Source: Auanema rhodensis (taxonomy: Eukaryota > Animalia > Nematoda). Taken from it: a stretch of 64,000 nucleotides of DNA. The position numbers were made by a program, and so were the translations under genes. Of the stretch, positions 53,703 through 64,000 are shown piece after piece (position 1 is the first letter of the stretch; every line of letters starts with the position of its first letter). Location of the stretch: positions 2,356,001-2,420,000 of the forward strand of contig OZ059894.1 of the NCBI GenBank assembly GCA_964057225.1, in the 5' to 3' direction. The notes beneath the pieces are model-generated. The model searched no databases and was not told the origin of the DNA. It saw only the letters and a list, made by a program, of their open reading frames with translations.

Positions 53703-56700
53703 AAATCGAGGATATAAGTGTGAACTTATATCAATTGATATCTCGGTGCATTTTTAAGCTAGCGCAAATCTGATAACACAGATCGACGCAGCTTGAAAAT
53801 CCGCATCGAATGCACTATACTACATTGAGAAACGCTTAATACAAAAATTAGTTATGATTGTTTGAAAAATGATGCATTAGTGTATGTTGAGTTTCCATGT
53901 ACGCTCAACATTGCTTCCAAAAACATTTTGACAAAAATTTTTTCGAAAAATTTCAAAATAATTTAGCAAAAAGTAGATGTTTTTAGATTCCTTTTTTCAA
54001 GGCAAAGACGATGGACAATGTTATTCAACGAAAAAATTAATTCTTCAGGGTGAAAATCGAGGATATAAGTGTGAACTTATATCAGTTGAGATCTCGGTGC
54101 ATTTTTAAGCTAGCGCAAATCTGATAACACAGATCGACGCAGCTTAAAAATCCGCATCGAATGCACTATACTACATTGAAGAACGCTTAATACAAAAATT
54201 AGTTATGATCGTTTGAAAAATAATGCATTAGTGTATGTTGAGTTTCCATGTACACTCAACATAGCTTCCAAAAACATTTTGACAAAAATTTTTTCGAAAA
54301 ATTTCAGAATAATTTAGCAAAAAGTAGATGTTTTTAGATTTCTTTTCTCAAGGCAAAGACGATGGACAATGTTATTCAACGAAAAAATTAATTCTTCAGG
54401 GTGAAAATCGAGGATATAAGTAAGAACATATATCAGTTGATATCTCGGTGCATTTTTAAGCTAGCGCAAATCTGATAACACAGACCGACGCAGCTTAAAA
54501 ATCCGCATCGAATGCACTATTCTACATTGAGAAACGCTCAATACAAAAATTAGTTATGATCGTTTGAAAAATGATGCATTAGTGTATGTTGAGTTTCCAT
54601 GTACAATCAACATTGCTTCCAAAAACATTTTGACAAAAATTTTTTCGAAAAATTTCAAAATAATTTAGCAAAAAGTAGATGTTTTCAGATTTTTTTTTTC
54701 AAGGCAAAGACGATGGACAATGTTATTCAACGAAAAAATTAATTCTTCAGGGTGAAAATCGAGGATATAAGTGTGAACTTATATCAGTTGATATCTCGGT
54801 GCATTTTTAAGCTAGCGCAAATCTGATAACACAGATCGACGCAGCTTAAAAATCCGCATCGAATGCACTATACTACATTGAAAAACGCTTAATAAAAAAA
54901 TTAGTTATGATGGTTTGAAAAATGATGCATTAGTGTATATTGAGTTTCCATGTACACTCAACATTGCTTCCAAAAACATTTTGACAAAAATTTTTTCGAA
55001 AAATTTCAGAATAATTTAGCAAAAAGTAGATGTTTTTAGATTCCTTTTTTCAAGGCAAAGACGATGGACATTGTTATTCAACGAAAAAATTAATTCTTCA
55101 GGGTGAAAATCGAGGATATAAGTAAGAACATATATCAGTTGATATCTCGGTGCATTTTTAAGCTAGCGCAAATCTGATAACACAGATCGACGCAGCTTAA
55201 AAATCCGCATCAAATGCACTATACTACATTGAGAAACGTTCAATACAAAAATTAGTTATGATCGTTTGAAAAATGATGAATTAGTGTATGTTGAGTTTCC
55301 ATGTACACTCAACATTGCTTCCAAAAACATTTTGACAAAAATTTTTTCGAGAAATTTCAAAATAATTTAGCAAAAAGTAGATGTTTTTAGATTCCTTTTT
55401 TCAAGGCGAAGACGATGGACATTGTTATTCAACGAAAAAATTAATTCTTCAGGGTGAAAATCGAGGATATAAGTGTGAACTTATATCAGTTGATATCTCG
55501 GTGCATTTTTAAGCTAGCGCAAATCTGATAACACAGATCGACGCAGGTTAAAAATCCGCATCGAATGCACTATACTACATTGAGAAACGCTTAATACAAA
55601 AATTAGTTATGATCGTTTGAAAAATGATGCATTAGTGTATGTTGAGTTTCCATGTACACTCAACATTGCTTCCAAAAACATTTTGACAAAAATTTTTTCG
55701 AAAAATTTCGAAATAATTTAGCAAAAAGTAGATGTTTTTAGATTCCTTTTTTCAAGGCAAAGACGATGGACATTGTTATTCAACGAAAAAATCAATTCTT
55801 CAGGGTGAAAATCGAGGATCTAAGTGTGAACTTATATCAGTTGATATCTCGGTGCATTTTTAAGCTAACGCAAATCTGATAACACAGATCGACGCAGCTT
55901 AAAAATCCGCATCGAATGCACTATACTACATTGAGAAACGCTCAATACAAAATGTAGTTATGATCGTTTGAAAAATGATGCATTAGTGTATGTTGAGTTT
56001 CCATGTACACTCAACATTGCTTCCAAAAACATTTTGACAAAAATTTTTTCGAAAAATTTCAAAATAATTTAGCAAGAAGTAGATGTTTTTAGATTCCTTT
56101 TTTCAAGGCAAAGACGATGGACAATGTTATTCAACGAAAAAATAATTTCTTCAGGGTGAAAATCGAGGATATAAGTGTGAACTTATATCAGTTGATATCT
56201 CGGTGCATTTTTAAGCTAGCGCAAATCTGATAACACAGATCGACGCAGCTTAAAAATCCGCATCGAATGCACTATACTACATTGAGGAACGCTTAATACA
56301 AAAATTAGTTATGATCGTTTGAAAAATAATGCATTAGTGTATGTTGAGTTTCCATGTACACTCAACATAGCTTCCAAAAACATTTTGACAAAAATTTTTT
56401 CGAAAAATTTCAAAATAATTTAGCGAAAAGTAGATGTTTTTAGATTCCTTTTTTCAAGGCAAAGACGATGGACATTGTTATTCAACGAAAAAATCAATTC
56501 TTCAGGGTGAAAATCGAGGATCTAAGTGTGAACTTATATCAGTTGATATCTCGGTGCATTTTTAAGCTAGCGCAAATCTGATAACACAGATCGACGCAGC
56601 TTAAAAATCCGCATCGAATGCACTATACTACATTGAGAAACGCTCAATACAAAATGTAGTTATGATCGTTTGAAAAATGATGCATTAGTGTATGTTGAGT

Positions 56701-59700
56701 TTCCATGTACACTCAACATTGCTTCCAAAAACATTTTGACAAAAATTTTTTCGAAAAATTTCAAAATAATTTAGCAAGAAGTAGATGTTTTTAGATTCCT
56801 TTTTTCAAGGCAAAGACGATGGACAATGTTATTCAACGAAAAAATAATTTCTTCAGGGTGAAAATCGAGGATATAAGTGTGAACTTATATCAGTTGATAT
56901 CTCGGTGCATTTTTAAGCTAGCGCAAATCTGATAACACAGATCGACGCAGCTTAAAAATCCGCATCGAATGCACTATACTACATTGAGGAACGCTTAATA
57001 CAAAAATTAGTTATGATCGTTTGAAAAATAATGCATTAGTGTATGTTGAGTTTCCATGTACACTCAACATAGCTTCCAAAAACATTTTGACAAAAATTTT
57101 TTCGAAAAATTTCAAAATAATTTAGCAAAAAGTAGATGTTTTTAGATTCCTTTTTTCAAGGCAAAGACGATGGACAATGTTATTCAACGAAAAAATTAAT
57201 TCTTCAGGGTGAAAATCGAGGATATAAGTGTGAACTTATATCAGTTGATATCTCGGTGCATTTTTAAGCTAGCGCAAATCTGATAACACAGATCGACGCA
57301 GCTTGAAAATCCGCATCGAATGCACTATACTAAATTGAGAAACGCTTAATACAAAAATTAGTTATGATCGTTTGAAAAATAATGCATTAGTGTATGTTGA
57401 GTTTCCATGTACACTCAACATAGCTTCCAAAAACATTTTGACAAAAATTTTTTCGAAAAATTTCAGAATAATTTAGCAAAAAGTAGATGTTTTTAGATTT
57501 CTTTTCTCAAGGCAAAGACGATGGACAATGTTATTCAACGAAAAAATTAATTCTTCAGGGTGAAAATCGAGGATATAAGTGTGAACTTATATCAATTGAT
57601 ATCTCGGTGCATTTTTAAGCTAGCGCAAATCTGATAACACAGATCGACGCAGCTTGAAAATCCGCATCGAATGCACTATACTACATTGAAAAACGCTTAA
57701 TACAAAAATTAGTTATGATTGTTTGAAAAATGATGCATTAGTGTATGTTGAGTTTCCATGTACGCTCAACATTGCTTCCAAAAACATTTTGACAAAAATT
57801 TTTTCGAAAAATTTCAAAATAATTTAGCAAAAAGTAGATGTTTTTAGATTCCTTTTTTCAAGGCAAAGACGATGGACAATGTTATTCAACGAAAAAATTA
57901 ATTCTTCAGGGTGAAAATCGAGGATATAAGTGTGAACTTATATCAGTTGAGATCTCGGTGCATTTTTAAGCTAGCGCAAATCTGATAACACAGATCGACG
58001 CAGCTTAAAAATCCGCATCGAATGCACTATACTACATTGAAGAACGCTTAATACAAAAATTAGTTATGATCGTTTGAAAAATAATGCATTAGTGTATGTT
58101 GAGTTTCCATGTACACTCAACATAGCTTCCAAAAACATTTTGACAAAAATTTTTTCGAAAAATTTCAGAATAATTTAGCAAAAAGTAGATGTTTTTAGAT
58201 TTCTTTTCTCAAGGCAAAGACGATGGACAATGTTATTCAACGAAAAAATTAATTCTTCAGGGTGAAAATCGAGGATATAAGTGTGAACTTATATCAATTG
58301 ATATCTCGGTGCATTTTTAAGCTAGCGCAAATCTGATAACACAGACCGACGCAGCTTAAAAATCCGCATCGAATGCACTATTCTACATTGAGAAACGCTC
58401 AATACAAAAATTAGTTATGATCGTTTGAAAAATGATGCATTAGTGTATGTTGAGTTTCCATGTACAATCAACATTGCTTCCAAAAACATTTTGACAAAAA
58501 TTTTTTCGAAAAATTTCAAAATAATTTAGCAAAAAGTAGATGTTTTCAGATTTTTTTTTTCAAGGCAAAGACGATGGACAATGTTATTCAACGAAAAAAT
58601 TAATTCTTCAGGGTGAAAATCGAGGATATAAGTGTGAACTTATATCAGTTGATATCTCGGTGCATTTTTAAGCTAGCGCAAATCTGATAACACAGATCGA
58701 CGCAGCTTAAAAATCCGCATCGAATGCACTATACTACATTGAAAAACGCTTAATAAAAAAATTAGTTATGATGGTTTGAAAAATGATGCATTAGTGTATA
58801 TTGAGTTTCCATGTACACTCAACATTGCTTCCAAAAACATTTTGACAAAAATTTTTTCGAAAAATTTCAGAATAATTTAGCAAAAAGTAGATGTTTTTAG
58901 ATTCCTTTTTTCAAGGCAAAGACGATGGACATTGTTATTCAACGAAAAAATTAATTCTTCAGGGTGAAAATCGAGGATATAAGTAAGAACATATATCAGT
59001 TGATATCTCGGTGCATTTTTAAGCTAGCGCAAATCTGATAACACAGATCGACGCAGCTTAAAAATCCGCATCAAATGCACTATACTACATTGAGAAACGT
59101 TTAATACAAAAATTAGTTATGATCGTTTGAAAAATGATGAATTAGTGTATGTTGAGTTTCCATGTACACTCAACATTGCTTCCAAAAACATTTTGACAAA
59201 AATTTTTTCGAGAAATTTCAAAATAATTTAGCAAAAAGTAGATGTTTTTAGATTCCTTTTTTCAAGGCGAAGACGATGGACATTGTTTTTCAACGAAAAA
59301 ATTAATTCTTCAGGGTGAAAATCGAGGATATAAGTGTGAACTTATATCAGTTGATATCTCGGTGCATTTTTAAGCTAGCGCAAATCTGATAACACAGATC
59401 GACGCAGCTTAAAAATCCGCATCGAATGCACTATACTACATTGAGAAACGCTTAATACAAAAATTAGTTATGATCGTTTGAAAAATGATGCATTAGTGTA
59501 TGTTGAGTTTCCATGTACACTCAACATTGCTTCCAAAAACATTTTGACAAAAATTTTTTCGAAAAATTTCGAAATAATTTAGCAAAAAGTAGATGTTTTT
59601 AGATTCCTTTTTTCAAGGCAAAGACGATGGACATTGTTATTCAACGAAAAAATCAATTCTTCAGGGTGAAAATCGAGGATCTAAGTGTGAACTTATATCA

Positions 59701-60020
59701 GTTGATATCTCGGTGCATTTTTAAGCTAACGCAAATCTGATAACACAGATCGACGCAGCTTAAAAATCCGCATCGAATGCACTATACTACATTGAGAAAC
59801 GCTCAATACAAAATGTAGTTATGATCGTTTGAAAAATGATGCATTAGTGTATGTTGAGTTTCCATGTACACTCAACATTGCTTCCAAAAACATTTTGACA
59901 AAAATTTTTTCGAAAAATTTCAAAATAATTTAGCAAGAAGTAGATGTTTTTAGATTCCTTTTTTCAAGGCAAAGACGATGGACAATGTTATTCAACGAAA
60001 AAATAATTTCTTCAGGGTGA
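53703..60020. repeat. 11-monomer (3861-bp) higher-order duplication; the order F-H-K-J-L-M-N starts at 53703 and again at 57564
   Basis: The private variant GATGGTTT occurs only at 54912 and 58773 (offset 3861). The flanking monomer types follow the same order, including the GCTAAC-bearing N monomer. Confidence 0.82.
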
Positions 60021-63000
60021 AAATCGAGGATATAAGTGTGAACTTATATCAGTTGATATCTCGGTGCATTTTTAAGCTAGCGCAAATCTGATAACACAGA
60101 TCGACGCAGCTTAAAAATCCGCATCGAATGCACTATACTACATTGAGGAACGCTTAATACAAAAATTAGTTATGATCGTTTGAAAAATGATGCATTAGTG
60201 TATATTGAGTTTCCATGTACACTCAACATTGCTTCCAAAAACATTTTGACAAAAATTTTTTCGAAAAATTTCAGAATAATTTAGCAAAAAGTAGATGTTT
60301 TTAGATTCCTTTTTTCAAGGCAAAGACGATGGACATTGTTATTCAACGAAAAAATTAATTCTTCAGGGTGAAAATCGAGGATATAAGTAAGAACATATAT
60401 CAGTTGATATCTCGGTGCATTTTTAAGCTAGCGCAAATCTGATAACACAGATCGACGCAGCTTAAAAATCCGCATCAAATGCACTATACTACATTGAGAA
60501 ACGTTCAATACAAAAATTAGTTATGATCGTTTGAAAAATGATGAATTAGTGTATGTTGAGTTTCCATGTACACTCAACATTGCTTCCAAAAACATTTTGA
60601 CAAAAATTTTTTCGAGAAATTTCAAAATAATTTAGCAAAAAGTAGATGTTTTTAGATTCCTTTTTTCAAGGCGAAGACGATGGACATTGTTATTCAACGA
60701 AAAAATTAATTCTTCAGGGTGAAAATCGAGGATATAAGTGTGAACTTATATCAGTTGATATCTCGGTGCATTTTTAAGCTAGCGCAAATCTGATAACACA
60801 GATCGACGCAGCTTAAAAATCCGCATCGAATGCACTATAATACATTGAGAAACGCTTAATACAAAAATTAGTTATGATCGTTTGAAAAATGATGCATTAG
60901 TGTATGTTGAGTTTCCATGTACACTCAACATTGCTTCCAAAAACATTTTGACAAAACTTTTTTCGAAAAATTTCGAAATAATTTAGCAAAAAGTAGATGT
61001 TTTTAGATTCCTTTTTTTAAGGCAAAGACGATGGACATTGTTATTCAACGAAAAAATCAATTCTTCAGGGTGAAAATCGAGGATCTAAGTGTGAACTTAT
61101 ATCAGTTGATATCTCGGTGCATTTTTAAGCTAACGCAAATCTGATAACACAGATCGACGCAGCTTAAAAATCCGCATCGAATGCACTATACTACATTGAG
61201 AAACGCTCAATACAAAATGTAGTTATGATCGTTTGAAAAATGATGCATTAGTGTATGTTGAGTTTCCATGTACACTCAACATTGCTTCCAAAAACATTTT
61301 GACAAAAATTTTTTCGAAAAATTTCAAAATAATTTAGCAAGAAGTAGATGTTTTTAGATTCCTTTTTTCAAGGCAAAGACGATGGACAATGTTATTCAAC
61401 GAAAAAATAATTTCTTCAGGGTGAAAATCGAGGATATAAGTGTGAACTTATATCAGTTGATATCTCGGTGCATTTTTAAGCTAGCGCAAATCTGATAACA
61501 CAGATCGACGCAGCTTAAAAATCCGCATCGAATGCACTATACTACATTGAGGAACGCTTAATACAAAAATTAGTTATGATCGTTTGAAAAATAATGCATT
61601 AGTGTATGTTGAGTTTCCATGTACACTCAACATAGCTTCCAAAAACATTTTGACAAAAATTTTTTCGAAAAATTTCAAAATAATTTAGCGAAAAGTAGAT
61701 GTTTTTAGATTCCTTTTTTCAAGGCAAAGACGATGGACATTGTTATTCAACGAAAAAATCAATTCTTCAGGGTGAAAATCGAGGATCTAAGTGTGAACTT
61801 ATATCAGTTGATATCTCGGTGCATTTTTAAGCTAGCGCAAATCTGATAACACAGATCGACGCAGCTTAAAAATCCGCATCGAATGCACTATACTACATTG
61901 AAGAACGCTTAATACAAAAATTAGTTATGATCGTTTGAAAAATAATGCATTAGTGTATGTTGAGTTTCCATGTACACTCAACATAGCTTCCAAAAACATT
62001 TTGACAAAAATTTTTTCGAAAAATTTCAAAATAATTTAGCGAAAAGTAGATGTTTTTAGATTCCTTTTTTCAAGGCAAAGACGATGGACATTGTTATTCA
62101 ACGAAAAAATCAATTCTTCAGGGTGAAAATCGAGGATCTAAGTGTGAACTTATATCAGTTGATATCTCGGTGCATTTTTAAGCTAGCGCAAATCTGATAA
62201 CACAGATCGACGCAGCTTAAAAATCCGCATCGAATGCACTATACTACATTGAGAAACGCTCAATACAAAATGTAGTTATGATCGTTTGAAAAATGATGCA
62301 TTAGTGTATGTTGAGTTTCCATGTACACTCAACATTGCTTCCAAAAACATTTTGACAAAAATTTTTTCGAAAAATTTCAAAATAATTTAGCAAGAAGTAG
62401 ATGTTTTTAGATTCCTTTTTTCAAGGCAAAGACGATGGACAATGTTATTCAACGAAAAAATAATTTCTTCAGGGTGAAAATCGAGGATATAAGTGTGAAC
62501 TTATATCAGTTGATATCTCGGTGCATTTTTAAGCTAGCGCAAATCTGATAACACAGATCGACGCAGCTTAAAAATCCGCATCGAATGCACTATACTACAT
62601 TGAGGAACGCTTAATACAAAAATTAGTTATGATCGTTTGAAAAATAATGCATTAGTGTATGTTGAGTTTCCATGTACACTCAACATAGCTTCCAAAAACA
62701 TTTTGACAAAAATTTTTTCGAAAAATTTCAAAATAATTTAGCGAAAAGTAGATGTTTTTAGATTCCTTTTTCAAGGCAAAGACGATGGACAATGTTATTC
62801 AACGAAAAAATTAATTCTTCAGGGTGAAAATCGAGGATATAAGTGTGAACTTATATCAGTTGATATCTCGGTGCATTTTTAAGCTAGCGCAAATCTGATA
62901 ACACAGATCGACGCAGCTTGAAAATCCGCATCGAATGCACTATACTACATTGAGAAACGCTTAATACAAAAATTAGTTATGATTGTTTGAAAAATGATGC

Positions 63001-64000
63001 ATTAGTGTATGTTGAGTTTCCATGTACGCTCAACATTGCTTCCAAAAACATTTTGACAAAAATTTTTTCGAAAAATTTCAAAATAATTTAGCAAAAAGTA
63101 GATGTTTTTAGATTCCTTTTTTCAAGGCAAAGACGATGGACAATGTTATTCAACGAAAAAATTAATTCTTCAGGGTGAAAATCGAGGATATAAGTGTGAA
63201 CTTATATCAGTTGAGATCTCGGTGCATTTTTAAGCTAGCGCAAATCTGATAACACAGATCGACGCAGCTTAAAAATCCGCATCGAATGCACTATACTACA
63301 TTGAAGAACGCTTAATACAAAAATTAGTTATGATCGTTTGAAAAATAATGCATTAGTGTATGTTGAGTTTCCATGTACGCTCAACATTGCTTCCAAAAAC
63401 ATTTTGACAAAAATTTTTTCGAAAAATTTCGAAATAATTTAGCAAAAAGTAGATGTTTTTAGATTCCTTTTTTCAAGGCAAAGACGATGGACAATGTTAT
63501 TCAACGAAAAAATTAATTCTTCAGGGTGAAAATCGAGGATATAAGTGTGAACTTATATCAGTTGAGATCTCGGTGCATTTTTAAGCTAGCGCAAATCTGA
63601 TAACACAGATCGACGCAGCTTAAAAATCCGCATCGAATGCACTATACTACATTGAGAAACGCTCAATACAAAATGTAGTTATGATCGTTTGAAAAATGAT
63701 GCATTAGTGTATGTTGAGTTTCCATGTACACTCAACATTGCTTCCAAAAACATTTTGACAAAAATTTTTTCGAAAAATTTCAAAATAATTTAGCAAGAAG
63801 TAGATGTTTTTAGATTCCTTTTTTCAAGGCAAAGACGATGGACAATGTTATTCAACGAAAAAATAATTTCTTCAGGGTGAAAATCGAGGATATAAGTGTG
63901 AACTTATATCAGTTGATATCTCGGTGCATTTTTAAGCTAGCGCAAATCTGATAACACAGATCGACGCAGCTTAAAAATCCGCATCGAATGCACTATACTA

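Larger units (their letters stand above)
1..64000. repeat. Tandem satellite DNA array, 351-bp monomer, about 182.3 copies, extending beyond both window edges
   Basis: AAATCGAGGATATAAG recurs at 1, 352, 703 and onward, and the phase is exact at 7021, 21061, 28081 and 35101 (multiples of 20x351). The register shifts by only 1 bp at ~49785 and again at ~62771. Hand count on monomer 1 gives 110/351 G+C. Most copies carry one NheI site (pos 56-61), one EcoRV site (35-40), one NsiI site (170-175) and one BstBI site (240-245). Confidence 0.99.

Noticed and set aside
1-64000. CRISPR array or integron cassette array
   Set aside because: There are no unique spacers or cassettes, because the whole unit is repeated, and there are no cas or integrase genes.
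1-64000. Array as a synthetic or collapsed-assembly artefact
   Set aside because: Linked, regionally structured variants and nested duplications look like genuine concerted evolution, although individual duplications still need read confirmation.

Overview
The whole 64 kb window is one uninterrupted head-to-tail satellite DNA array. It has a 351-bp monomer of about 31% GC, with 182 complete copies plus a 120-bp partial copy, all in the same orientation. I found no genes, RNA genes, CRISPR arrays or transposon insertions. The single 63-aa ORF is an accidental stop-codon read-through in one monomer. Copies differ almost only by substitutions, and I found just two 1-bp deletions. Typing monomers by eye with diagnostic variants shows local higher-order repeats (2-, 5-, 6- and 11-mer duplications, and a 14-mer order), chimeric monomers, and regional turnover of variants along the array. 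The monomer is rich in inverted repeats and A/T tracts and is not CpG-depleted. This fits a eukaryotic, possibly invertebrate, (peri)centromeric or heterochromatic satellite, but I cannot identify the family or organism from the sequence. In the text, 'pos N' means position within the monomer (pos 1 = window base 1), and monomer M(n) starts at 1+351(n-1) up to M142. Letters A-S are my own monomer-type labels.
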